This document shows, one piece after another, positions 37,542 through 49,914 of a stretch of 64,000 bases of DNA. The notes under the pieces were generated by a model. The model saw only the letters and a list, made by a program, of their open reading frames with translations, was not told the origin of the DNA and ran no database searches. The stretch covers positions 13,826,001 to 13,890,000 of the forward strand of contig NC_086097.1 in assembly GCF_963921235.1 (NCBI RefSeq), read 5' to 3'. Source of the stretch: Mobula hypostoma. Taxonomy: Eukaryota. The number at the start of each line of letters is the position of its first letter. Position 1 is the first letter of the stretch. Made by a program: the position numbers and the translations under genes.

Positions 37542-38413
37542 CAGCTCTGCACAAAAGCCTTAGGCATATATGTATAGCTAGGGTGTGTAAGACTTTCATA
37601 CAGTACTGTAGTAATTTTATATAATGCACCATATTCCAGCCGCAAAAAACAAACAAATTTCATAGCATAAGTGAAAGATAGTCATAGTCATAGTCATACT
37701 TTATTGATCCCGTGGGAAATTGGTTTTCGTTACAGTTGTACCATAAATAATTAAATAGTAATAAAACCATAAATAGTTAAACAGTAATATGTAAATTATG
37801 CCAGGAAATAAGTCCAGGACCAGCCTATTGGCTCAGGGTGTCTGACCCTCCAGGGGAGGAGTTGTAAAGTTTGATGGCCACGGGCAGGAATGACTTCCTA
37901 TGACGCTCTGTGTTGCATGTCGGTGGAATGAGTCTCTGGTTGAATGTACTCCTGTGCCCAACTAGTACATTATGTAGTGGATGGGAGACATTGTCCAAGA
38001 TGATAAACCAGATTCAGTTATGGGTCTCTATTGTGGACTGAGAGTGGGAAGGGGGCAGGGAGAGGGGAATCATGGTTGGGAAAAGGGGAAGGGAGAGAGG
38101 AGAGAGCGGATTCACGAGAGAGACATTCTGTATTGATCAGTAAACTAATTGTTGGGAATCAAATGACCTTGCCTGATGTCTCAGGGCTGGGTGTGCCTGC
38201 ACCCACGCCACCCCGTGTTCCTGGAACTCCCTCTCTGCCACCAGTCCACACCCCTCCCATGATGCTCCACCCTCACCATTCCCAACATCCTTTGCGCCTG
38301 CCAGATTTACAAACTCACTGTCTGCTCCACATTGACAAATACAGTACTGTGCAAAAGTCTTAGGCACCCTAGCTACTGTGTATATATGTGCCTAAGGTTT
38401 GTGCACAGTACTG
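37542..38413 (+). mobile_element. Composite Tc1-like element, copy 3, interrupted by a Rex1/Babar fragment
   Basis: Palindromic termini at 37542-37608 and 38342-38413, each flanked by TA. Confidence 0.8.
37678..38000 (-). mobile_element. Young Rex1/Babar-type LINE 3' end with (GACTAT)n tail
   Basis: Near-identical to 39954-40341 and 51602-52214. Confidence 0.8.
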
Positions 38414-39953
38414 TACATAAGATGTTTGACAAGGCCTGGAACACAGAGATGAAGTGGAAATAGAATTCAGTGCAAGTGAGCCACAGTGAATGGTAGAAGT
38501 TACAAAACCAAAGGGTATTCTCATAAATAAACACATGGAGGAATGCAATGGCGTAATGAGAGGGCAGGACGATGGCTACGGCCGAGCCTGGGAGTTGGGC
38601 ACAGACCTTGCTGGTAGATAGTCTATCAGTTGTCTCAATCTGCTCTTCCCAACACCACAAGCAGGTTTTCACAATTAGCTGCAATAATTCAAACCAGACA
38701 GTTGTCCTGGAATATGACTATGCAGGCACACCTGATCACATTAATGCACGGCGCTTAGAATCCCTAAGGATTACAAGGTACTTCGGTGCCTCCTGGTACT
38801 GTGACTTATGTGAGCTTTTTGTTTCAGGTAGATTAATCAAACAGTCTACCTTCCTCTAATTGGATGACAATCTGCTTCTGAGGGTCTGCTGAATGGGAAG
38901 ATTTCCCCCCCTTTCTCTATAATTTCTTGTCTCTCTTTTAGTTTTTTTTTCCTGAATTTCCCTTGCACTCTCCTTTGAAGATGTATCACTCTTCGCTGTT
39001 CTCTCTTTATCTATTATCATTACTTCCCTCTTATTACTGATTCCTTTCCTCATTATCCCACAGCTACCAGGGGCAGGATTAGTAGTCATTTCTGTTGCAG
39101 CACCCTCTGTATGTAATTAGCTGTGTGCGTCTAGGGGAGCGACGCGTTAATAGGTGGACAGATAGGATAAATGTCACAGTGGTGATGTTTGAACTTAACT
39201 GCGTTCAGAAGGTGCACTGCAGTGGTGTTTAAACAGGAATGCATTTCACGAATCAAAGTGACTGTATGACTCCCTAATCAATGTGCAGAATTAGAGACAA
39301 CTACTAAAAATAAATTAGTCAACACATGGTTACCACTGTAGTGTATTGGTTATCAGAGTTTGGAGATAATTTCTGGCGTTCTCTGTAAGACCTTTGTACG
39401 TCCTACCTGCGAGCACTTGTGTTTCCTTTGGGTGCCCTGGTTTCCTCCCACAGTCCAAAGACGTACTGGTTGGTATTTCCAAAGTTCAAAGTTCAAAGTG
39501 CATTTATCAAAGTGAGATTCATCTCCTTACAGGCAGTCACAAAACAAAGAAACCCAGTAGAACCCATTAAATAAAGAAGAGCATCTAACAGCCAAAGTGC
39601 AAAAAAAAACAAGTCGTGTTAACAATAAAAGAAAGCAAATAACATTTAGATCTGGGTCCATGAAAGTGGGTTCACAGTCACAAAGCTAGTCACACTGATC
39701 CGGGAGCCTGTTAGTTACAGATTACAGCCTCAGTTTTGTGCAGGGACACATAAACCTCGAGAAGCAGAGAGCTGAACAGCGGCCTGTTCCTTGCCTCCAG
39801 CCCGGACATCCTGACCTTTTCAATCTGCCCCAACATTTAAATTGGCCAAACAGCACTCATCCCTTGCTCTTGGATTCAGACCCTGCCACTTCGATATGTT
39901 CTCCAAACCAGAACCAACCACTTTGATTCGGCCTATACTGGACCTTTCCAGTT

Positions 39954-40341
39954 TAGTCATAGTCATAGTCATAGTCATACTTTATTGATCCTGGGGGAAA
40001 TTGTTTTTTGTTACAGTTGCACCATAAATAATTAAATAGTAATAGAACCATAAATAGTTAAATTGTAAAATGTAAATTATGCCAGTAAATTATGAAATAA
40101 GTCCAGGACCAGCCTATTGGCTCAGGATGCCTGACCCTCCATGGGAGGAGTTGTAAAGTTTGATGGCCACAGGCAGGAATGACTTCCTGTGACGCTTTGT
40201 GTTGCATCTCAGTGGAATGAGTCTCTGGCTAAATGTACTCCTGTGCCCACCCAGTACATTATGTAGTGGATGGGAGACATTGACCAAGATAGCATGCAAC
40301 TTAGACAGCATCCTCTTTTCAGACACCACCGTCAGAGAGTC
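39954..40341 (-). mobile_element. Young Rex1/Babar-type LINE 3' end with (GACTAT)n tail
   Basis: HPLH...SQRLIPLRCNTKRHRKSFLPVAIKLYN peptide and tandem tail. Confidence 0.8.
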
Positions 40342-40392
40342 AGGGGGTCCGGCATTTAAGAAAAAGTGTGAGTAATACAGTATTTAACAGTT

Positions 40393-40417
40393 TAATTCTG
40401 CAGAATTCCTGTTGTTT
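40393..40417 (+). mobile_element. 25-bp tail-only Penelope-like insertion
   Basis: taattctgcagaattcctgttgttt contains the last 21 nt of the element tail, between acagtatttaacagtt repeats at 40377-40392 and 40418-40433. Confidence 0.75.
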
Positions 40418-40720
40418 ACAGTATTTAACAGTTGTGTTTGCTACCAGCAAGTCGCCGCTGTGTTTCACCAGCATATTTAGATTATGAGGACACTCAGTCC
40501 TCGTTTATTGTCATTTAGAAATGCAAGTATTAAAAATGATACAATGTTCCTCCAGAAAGATATCACAGAAACACAGGACAAACCAAGACTAAAACTGACA
40601 AAACCACATAATTATAACATGTAAACAACAGGAATTCTGCAGATGCTGGAAATTCAAGCAACATACATCAAAGTTGCTGGTGAACGCAGCAGGCCAAGCA
40701 GCATCTATAGGAAGAGACGC

Positions 40721-40755
40721 AGTCGACGTTTCAGGCCGAGACCCTTCGTCAGGAC
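40721..40755 (-). ncRNA. Minimal type I hammerhead ribozyme motif
   Basis: Minus strand: GUC-CUGACGA-AGG(gucucgg)CCU-GAAA-CGUC-GACU. Confidence 0.7.
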
Positions 40756-42173
40756 ACGCTCTTAAACTTTTCGATGATTTTAAGTTCCCTGGCCCCCACC
40801 GCTTTATTTTCACCATGGATGTCCAGTCCTTATATACTTCCATCCCCCATCAGGAAGGTCTCAAAGCTCTACGCTTCTTTTTGGATTCCAGACCTAATCA
40901 GTTCCCCTCTACCACCACTCTGCTCCGTCTAGCGGAATTAGTCCTTACTCTGAATAATTTCTCCTTTTGCTCCTCCCATTTCCTCCAAACTAAAGGTGTA
41001 GCTATGGTCACCCGTATGGGTCCTAGCTATGCCTGCCTTTTTGTTGGGTTTGTAGAACAATCTATGTTCCGTGCCTATTCTGGTATCTGTCCCCCACTTT
41101 TCCTTCGCTACATCGACGACTGCATTGGCGCTGCTTCCTGCACGCATGCAGAACTCGTTGACTTTATTAACTTTGCCTCCAACTTTCACCCTGCCCTCAA
41201 GTTTACCTGGTCCATTTCCGACACCTCCCTCCCCTTTCTAGATCTTTCTGTCTCTGTCTCTGGAGACAGCTTATCCACTGATGTCTACTATAAGCCTACT
41301 GACTCTCACAGCTATCTGGACTATTCCTCTTCTCACCCTGTCTCTTGCAAAAACTCCATCCCCTTCTCGCAATTCCTCCGTCTCCGCCGCATCTGCTCTC
41401 AGGATGAGGCTTTTCATTCTAGGACGAGGGAGATGTCTTCATTTTTTAAAGAAAGGGGCTTCCCTTCCTCCACTATCAACTCTGCTCTTAAACGCATCTC
41501 CCCCATTTCACGTACATCTGCTCTCACTCCATCCTCCCACCACCCCACTAGGAATAGGGTTCCCCTGGTCCTCAGCTACCACCCCACCAGCCTCCGGGTC
41601 CAACATATTATTCTCCGTAACTTCCGCCACCTCCAACGGGATCCCACCACTAAGCACATCTTTCCCGCCCCCCCCCCTGCATTCTGCAGGGATCGCTCCC
41701 TACACAACTCCCTTGTCCATTTTTCCCCCCCATCCCTCCCCACTGATCTCCCTCCTGGCACTTATCCGTGTAAGCGGAACAAGTGCTACACATGCCCTTA
41801 CACTTCCTCCCTTACCACCATTCAGGGCCCCAAACAGTCCTTCCAGGTGAGGCATCACTTCACCTGTGAGTCGACTGGCGTGATATACTGTGTCCGGTGC
41901 TCCCGATGTGGCCTTTTATATATTAGTGAGACTCGACGCAGACTGGGAGACCGCTTTGCTGAACATCTACGCTCTGTCCGCCAGAGAAAGCAGGATCTCC
42001 CAGTGGCCACACATTTTAATTCCACATCCCATTCCCATTCTGACATGTCTATCCACGGCCTCCTCTACTGTAAAGATGAAGCCACACTCAGGTTGGAGGA
42101 ACAACACCTTATATTCCGTCTGGGTAGCCTCCAACCTGATGGCATGAACATCGACTTCTCTATCTTCCGCGAA
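40755..42173 (+). pseudogene. Penelope-like reverse transcriptase plus GIY-YIG endonuclease (N-terminally truncated)
   Basis: FTMDVQSLYTSIP, QTKGVAM, RYIDD, Cys-rich linker CKRNKCYTC and VIYCVRCSRCGLLYISET...RFAEH. Frame is open, but with apparent G>V (AMVTR) and YIG>YIS changes; the native stop (TAA in the 53.59 kb copy) reads GAA at 42171-42173. Confidence 0.9.
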
Positions 42174-42468
42174 GGCCCCACCTCCCCCTCGTACCCCATC
42201 TGTTACTCATTTTTATGAACACATTCTTTCTCTCACTCTCCTTTTTCTCCCTCTGTCCCTCTGAATATACTCTTGCCCATCCTCTGGGTCACCCCCTCCC
42301 CTTGTCTTTCTTCCCGGACCTCCTGTCCCATGATCCTCTCGTATCCCCTTTTGTCTATCACCTGTCCAGCTCTTGGCTCCATCCCTCCCCCTCCTGTCTT
42401 CTCCTATCATTTTGCATCTCCCCCTCCCCCTCCAGCTTTCAAATCCCTTACTCACTCTTCCTTCAGTT

Positions 42469-42504
42469 AGTCCTGACGAGGGGTCTCGGCCTGAAACGTC
42501 GACT
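42469..42504 (+). ncRNA. Minimal type I hammerhead ribozyme motif
   Basis: AGUC-CUGACGA-GGG(gucucgg)CCU-GAAA-CGUC-GACU. Confidence 0.75.
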
Positions 42505-43261
42505 GCGCCTCTTCCTATAGATGCTGCTTGGCCTGCTGCGTTCACCAGCAACTTTGATGTATGTTGCTTTAATTATAACATGTAGTTACAACAGTGCAAA
42601 GCAATACCGTAATTTGAGAAAGAGCAGACCATGGGCACGGTAAAAAAAAAAGTCTCAAAGTCCCAACAGCCCCATCATCTCACGCAGACGGTAGAAGAGA
42701 GAAACTCTCCCTGCCATGAACCTCCAGCACCGCAAACTTGCGGATGCAGCACCATTGGAAGCACCCGACCGCAGCGGACTCTGAGTCCGTCCGAAAACTT
42801 TGAGCTTCCGACCAGTCCTTTGACATCGAGCACCGAGCACCATCTTCTGCCGAGCGCCTCGACCCCACCCCCGCCACCAAGCAACAAGCAAAGCCGATTT
42901 AATTTAAACCATTGTAAATTAAGCTACAGTTAAATAGGTGGTTTGCTGGGCGGTGCAGCTCATTGGCCCAGAAGAGCTTGTTATGCGCTGTATCTCGAAG
43001 TAAAAACATACATTCATACATACCGCAGGGAGCATTGTTCTACCTGGTTTAGAGTCAAGTAGGTTAAAGGGAGAGGTAGCATTATACGGAGAGGCAGGGT
43101 AGAGTCATAAAGTCATGGTGTCTTCATGGTATGGAACAGGCCATTTGTTCCAAATGGTCTGGGTTGCCCAAGATGCCCAGATAAGCTTGTCCCATTTACC
43201 TGCATTTGACTGATACCATTCTAAACCTTCCTCATCCATGTACCTGCACAAATGTCTTTGA

Positions 43262-45095
43262 AATTTTTTTTCCAGATTTTATTTCTAGAAAATTTTTTAA
43301 CCTCGAATCCTTGAGTCAGTGTTGGAATTATGTAAATCATAGCTTACAAAGCATAAAATTATCCATAAAATAAAAACAAACAGGGCAGAAATAAACATCA
43401 ATATACGAGAGGTGATTGATAAGTTCGTGACCTAAGGTAGAAGGAGTCAATTTTAGTAAACCAAGCACATTTATTTTTCCTACATTTACACACTTAGTCC
43501 AGCAGTCGTGGAGAATACGAATCCTTTCTTTGTAGAAGTTGGCATCTTGGACCTCCAGAGGTGGTCCACAGCAGGGGTGATTGACAAGTTTGCGGCCTAA
43601 GGTAGAAGGTTATTAACTTCAAACTTACTGCATTTTCACTTAAAGAGTTGAACTGCACGTGCATGTAACAAGAGCTGTATAACTGATCTCCTTCTACCTT
43701 AGGCCACAAACTTATCAATCACCCCTGCTGTGGACTAGCTGGAGGTCCAAGACGCTCTTGTTACATGGACATGCAGTTCAACTCTTTGAGCGATAATGCA
43801 GAAGGTTTGAAGTTAATAACTCATCTCCTTCTACCTTAGGCCACGAACTTATCAATCACCCTTGCTGTGGACCACTTCTACAAAGAAGGGATCCGTATGC
43901 TCCACGACCGCTGGACTAAGTGTGTACGTGTAGGAGGGGACTATGTTGAAAAATAAATGTGCTAGGTTTTCTAAAATTGACTCCTTCTACCTTAGTCCAT
44001 GAACTTATCAATCACCCCTCGTAATAACCAGGTGTGCTATTTAGACCTCTAATAACACAAAAGGCTGCCAGTCAGCGGTATGCTTCACCACACATTCACC
44101 AGTATTCCCCCCCCACAGGAAACGTAAATATTTGCCCCATTTTTGTGTATAGATGTCCAATCTATCAAACTGTTTGTAAGACATGCGTTCCAAAGCAGCC
44201 ACTTTGGCTATTTCTGTGACCTACTCCTGAAATGATGGTCCCCCCCCAAGTTCCTCCAGCCTCTAAGTATAATTTTTCTTCCTACCATTATACTTGTCTG
44301 GATCCAATTTTGAGAGTGTTTATCCCTAAGTAACCCAAGTGTGTCTCCTAAGACTAAAAGTCTAGGTCAGAAAGGCAGTTGAATAGCCTTATACCAATAT
44401 ACTTACGTATCATAATCCAAAATACTTGAATTCTGAGACAGGACCAGAGAGCATGTACTAAGTCCCCTTTATCCTCCTCACAGCGCCAACATTCAGGGGT
44501 GTTTTTCAACCCTAATCTATGTAATCTTGCTGTAGATTCTTAAACTGAATAAGGCGAACCCTCAGGTCTCTTAACATTGTTTTGACATTTTTGCAAATTT
44601 TGTCCCACTCTTTTTTCTCAAAAGTCACACTCAGGTCTTTTTCCCATGCTCTTTTAAGACCCAACAGAATTTTGTCCCCGGAGATTTGTGTTCAAGCTAA
44701 ATAATAAGTTGAGGCTGCGTGAACTTTACCATATGCAGCCAGTACAGTAGACAATATCATAGCAACTTGTGGGGGTTGATTAAAAGATTTTTTAAACTAT
44801 CACCATTATAAAGGTCTCCCAATTTAATTATACCTTTCCCTTGCCATTCCCTCCAGAAGAAAGGGGACTTACCAATACACAACTTTGGACTCATCCAGAT
44901 ACTCGAGGATTCATTCAAACATGAATTAAATTCAAATAATCTGGCTAGTTTATTCCAGAACAAATGCGTATGCGACATAATTGGGTGAAACCTTGCCTCA
45001 GGAGGTAACTTGATAGAAAAACATTGTAATGGAGGGTTGGGAGGAAGAGCAGAGCACTCAATGCGATACCAAGGGGGCGCTCTCTCTGGAGGGAG
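43262..45095 (-). mobile_element. L1-clade LINE 3' fragment, interrupted by a mariner derivative
   Basis: Minus-strand peptides WREWQGKGIIKLGDLY and the CCHC knuckle CWRCEEDKGDLVHALWSC (about 44440-44495); A-rich end near 43262. Confidence 0.75.
43406..44021. mobile_element. Foldback mariner-derived non-autonomous transposon
   Basis: TA TSD (43404-43405, 44022-44023); TIR cgag(a/g)ggtgattgataagttc...ctaaggtagaaggag; transposase C-terminus FYKEGIRMLHDRWTKCVRVGGDYVEK* at 43876-43956. Confidence 0.9.
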
Positions 45096-45221
45096 AGACT
45101 GTCTGTCTGTATCTTGTTTTACGGCGGTTGGCATCCAGCTTAATGGTGCATTACCGCCACCCTCTGCTCCAGAATGTGCACTAGACATACATTCTAAATC
45201 CCTTCACCCAATCACACACAC

Positions 45222-45223
<2 letters not shown>

Positions 45224-45304
<81 letters not shown>
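45224..45304. repeat. (CA)n microsatellite, about 40 units
   Basis: Read directly from the sequence. Confidence 0.95.
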
Positions 45305-45306
<2 letters not shown>

Positions 45307-46109
45307 CTACACTTCACCCTCCCATCTTTGACCATCCTGGTATCCTAGGAGGGAGAGACCAATGTGCTAAATGCTTAAGAGTAAAGGCATATTAATAGTA
45401 AATTAACTTTGGCAAACCTAAGCCCCCCCCCACCCCTTTCAACTAGCAATTGTAATTTGTCAAAGTTTAAGCATGGGCATTTACCATTCCAAATAAAAGC
45501 ATTAGTTATTTTTATCAAATTGCTTAAAATATGTTAATTGGATCTGTACTAGTAATGATTGGAAGTCTTTTAAATGTTTAATTGTGCCTGCCTCTGCCAC
45601 TTTCTTTGGGAGATACTTCCAAATACTGACCACACTCTGGGTGAAAAAAAAGCTGTTATTTAATTTCTGATTAAATCTTTTCCCTCTCTTCTCACTTTAA
45701 GCCTGTAGCCTGTAGTTACCCTCGCCTGGCAAAAAGACTGTGTGCATTTGCCAAATACATGACCAATATGATTTATGATTTCTGCACCTCTATAATGTCA
45801 CCTCTTGGTTTGGATCGGGAGGGGCTTTTATTCTCTAGGCGTGTAAGAAGCAGAGATGTGAATTTATAAAGCAGAGGTTCCCAACCTGGGGTCCAAGGAC
45901 CTCTCAGTGAATGGTGATGATTTTGGGAACCCCTGTAACAGAGGTTCATAAAATTATGTGAGGCATAAACAAGGTGACTAGCCACAGCATTTTCCTTAAA
46001 GTTCAAAGTACATTTATTATCAAAGTGTGAGATTCATCTTCTTGCAGGCAGCCACAAAACACAATAAAATCCATGAATAACAGCACACAACAAAGACTGT
46101 CAACCATCT

Positions 46110-46420
46110 TATAGAAACATAGAAACATAGAAAATAGGTGCAGGAGTAGGCCATTCGGCCCTTCGAGCCTGCACCGCCATTTATTATGATCATGGCTGAT
46201 CATCCAACTCAGAACCCCGCCCCAGCCTTCCCTCCATACCCCCTGACCCCCGTAGCCACAAGGGCCATATCTAACTCCCTCTTAAATATAGCCAATGAAC
46301 TGGCCTCAACAGTTTCCTGTGGCAGAGAATTCCACAGATTCACCACTCTCTGTGTGAAGAAGTTTTTCCTAATCTCAGTCCTAAAAGGCTTCCCCTCTAT
46401 CCTCAAACTGTGACCCCTCG
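46110..46420 (-). mobile_element. CR1 LINE 3' end with (TTCTATGT)n tail
   Basis: RGHSLRIEGKPFRTEIRKNFFTQRVVNLWNSLP; a short copy of the same tail is at about 7293-7350. Confidence 0.85.
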
Positions 46421-47072
46421 TTATGTGCATAAAAAGAACATGCCGTGCAAACAATAATAAAAGTTTACAAATAATACACAGAATTAGAACTGCAGAGTCT
46501 CCAAAAGTTTGTCCACATGCAAGGAGCCAGTTCAGCTTTGAGATTCATCCAAGAACCCGATGGCTGCAGGCCACAGCTACAGACACAGTTCCGTGCTGAG
46601 GTGAGTAAAACCCCACAGAGTATGGAGCTGAACAATGGTTCATCCTTTGTCCTCAGCATCGATGCCTTAATCTTTTTAATCTGACTTGGTGCTTAAATCA
46701 ACTATACTTCGATTTGTTTTTCACTCTCGTGCGCCATCGTTTCGGGGTAGGGAACCCTAAAACTAGAGGACACGGGCTTAAAGTGAGAGGAGGAAGATTT
46801 AAAATTTGTAAGTTTAAAGTTTTAAAAATCTAAGTTTGGTATTCCTTACCAATGCATTTAAGTTTATTCCCAGCCAACACTTACGATACTGAAGCTTGTT
46901 ATTTAATATTACAGCATTGTGGGTGTGGATAGTGCACACATTGGTTGCCACAGATTGTTTTTGTACTTGAGGTACTTCACTGGCTGTAAGGTATTTTGGA
47001 TCTTAGTGAAATTACAAAAGGTACAATCCGCATGAAAGTCAGGTTCAGATTCAGAATTATTTCTCACATGTT

Positions 47073-47420
47073 CAATATTGTGCAAAAATCTTCAGCATGT
47101 ATATAGATTTAGATAGATAACTAGGGTGTTGGCTAGCTGATCATTCTGTAATGATCAATAAACCAAACGTTTGGTATGAAATGACCTTGCCTAGTGTCTC
47201 TGGGCTGGGTGTGCCTGCACCCACACCTCCCCCACCCACTTCCTCTCGCCTCTTATCACACACCCCTCCCAGGGTGCTCCACCTTTGCCATTACCAACAT
47301 CTTTTGCTCCTGCCAGATTTACAAGCTGACTCTCTGCCCCATGCTGACAAATGCAGCAATGTACAAAAGTCATCATCACCCTAGCCGCATACATGTGCCT
47401 AAGAATTTTACACAGTACTG
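47073..47420 (+). mobile_element. Composite Tc1-like element, copy 4 (internally deleted)
   Basis: Degenerate termini plus the 3' part of the shared body. Confidence 0.65.
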
Positions 47421-49403
47421 TAATTAAGAAGCATACAATGAAATACCTCATTTTCATTAACAACCAACACACCCAAGGATGTTCTGGGGGCAGCCTGCAA
47501 TTGTCGCCATACCTTCTACTGCTAACATAGCATGTTTACAATGTTCAACACAACACATTACACGGCACAGCAAAAACAATAGAACAAAGCAACAGCAAAG
47601 CAAGTCCCTTTCCCAAACTCTCACCACCCTCCTTCCCCCCACGCCCCGCAAATACAAGGGCCCCAGCCTCCAGTCTTGACTCCAGAATCTCAGTCTTGCT
47701 GACATCATGCATCTAACTCCAGTCTCGGACTCAGATTACTGCTTGGGGAAAGTAACTGTTTGTGAGTCTGGTGGTCTTGACAAGGAGGCTGCCCAGCCTC
47801 CTCGCTGCTGGGACTGGGACAAATAGTTTGTGAGCAGAGTGCGTGGGATCCTTCATGATGTTACTGGTCCTTTTCCAGCACCTTTCTGTATATATGAAAG
47901 GAATAAAGAGTCGGTTTCCGGCCAATCCCTTTCATCAGGACTGGAAAGGAAAGGGGGGATACAGCATGTGCCTTTTCTCAATTGAATCAACATGTACACC
48001 AATTATTATCATGAATATGATCTATTTTCTTTCTGCAAATATTGAAAGGTAATGCCATCATGGGGAAATATCAACATAACACAGTAAATAATATGTATTT
48101 AATATACATATACATACTGTAATTGATTTAGTTATTTATTTTCCTCTAAATTATCATGTATTGCATTGTACTGCTGCCTCTAAGTTAGCAAACTTCGTGA
48201 CGTATGTCGGTGGTTTTGAACCTGATTCTGATTCTCGTGCGAACGTGAGGGTGAAGTGTGGGTATGATGATGTACACAATAACACACTGTGGCTGCTGAT
48301 GTCATCTCACTGCGTGGCAGGACGAGGACACAGTGAAAGTGATGACGTGCCTCGCAGGAAGTGGTGGGAGCTTGACTGTAACTTGGTTACACTTCAGCAC
48401 AGACATGAGGTGGAACATTTCCAGGGGCCCATTACAGCTACAGAAAAGCAAAGGATTGATATGTCGTTGAACATGCAACACACAGCTTTGCATTGGTTCA
48501 TTCTCACTGCGAAGACCAGCCAGAAAAGGGACCCACAATAAATGACACCTGAAGAAATTAATGAAATGCATTGAGAGTACCTGACCAGCTGCATCACTCC
48601 CTGGTACAAGAATTGCAAGGCATCTGGCCACAAGACCCTACAAAGTATTGCAGAGACTGCTGAGAGGATCATTGGGGTCCCTCTTCCACCCATCTGAGAT
48701 ACATACCTGGGCCCAAGGCATTGTCAATGATTGCTCCCATCCCAACAATCTCAATAGAAACTGGGGCTTAGGCCCACTTTGAGAGCTCCAAGCAAGTGAG
48801 CAAAGATGGTACCAGCAGCACCTGAGGCAGGAGACTAAGCTTCACGAAGGGCAGCGGAGCAGAGACCAGCAAAGACGTCTGTGAACAGCCCTGAGTGTAA
48901 TGGGCAGTGCACAGATGCTGGAACCTGAAGCAGCAGACGATCTGCTGGTGAAACTCTGTGTGTTGAGCAGCATCTGGTTGGGGGGGAGGGAAGCAGTTGC
49001 CGATACTTTGGGTTGAAATCGCATCAGGAAACCTTTATGTCACCAATTACTTCCTCTCTACACATGCACCTTGATCAGCTGAGTTCCTTCAGCAGATTGT
49101 AATGTATAGTAATTGCGACTTGGAGAAATAGTTGGAGCTCAAATTATATATTACCCACCACTCCTCGCCTCCACCACCACTATGTTACTATTTCCTGTCA
49201 CTCACTTTATGTACTGACACTCCAGTGCCTAGCATCACTTTGTGGACATACAATCAATCCATCTGTAAAAGCTATCATGTATTTATATTTATTGTGTTTT
49301 TGTTATTATTGTGTTCTTTATCAGTATTGGATCTGGAGTAACAACTATTTCATTATCCTTTACTAAAAATGACATAAATAATCTTGAACAGAACTGAATT
49401 CAA

Positions 49404-49431
49404 GTGTGTGTGTGTGTGTGTGTGTGTGAGC

Positions 49432-49465
<34 letters not shown>
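49404..49465. repeat. Compound (GT)n/(GA)n microsatellite
   Basis: Read directly from the sequence. Confidence 0.9.
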
Positions 49466-49914
49466 AAATAAGGCTCCATTTGCACCGGGATCCAACTTGT
49501 GACCTTTTGCTTGCCTTGAAGGTATAGAGCACCTGGGGAAGGCACACTTAAATGATACTGGTTGAAGTATTAGCAAGAACAGGGGCGACACCTTGAATGA
49601 TTTAATCCTAACTGGATCAACATGAGGTCTATAAGCTCATGATTCCAACTGTAGTAAAACAGCTGGGGTTTCAACGCCACAACTACACAGACATTACACC
49701 ACATCTACACATGGTTCTTTCTTTCTTTCATTCAGCCTAGTATCCCAGGATTCTCAGAACTCCTTTGCACCATGAATGGTCGAGATGCTTCGCTCCCAAA
49801 TGTACTTCATGCATTTTATGCACACTTTGCAAGGGGAAATAAAACTACATTTAGGCAAACCCCCGTAGCATCTAGTGACCCTGTGATCTCTGTCTTGGAG
49901 ACCAACGTCATAAC

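Larger units (their letters stand above)
40623..42569 (+). mobile_element. Penelope-like retroelement (Neptune-type), 5'-truncated, with an inverted terminal repeat
   Basis: Inverted tailed repeat 40623-40755, ORF, 3'UTR and terminal repeat to 42569; TSD taattataacatgt at 40609-40622 and 42570-42583. Confidence 0.92.

Noticed and set aside
40674..40754. N-terminus of the 514-aa ORF (MLVNAAGQAAS...), also seen at 26521, 42213 and 53612
   Set aside because: It is an antisense reading of the inverted terminal repeat from a TTG start, not real Penelope protein.
45010..45348. ORF with a THTHTH run
   Set aside because: It is the translation of a (CA)n microsatellite.
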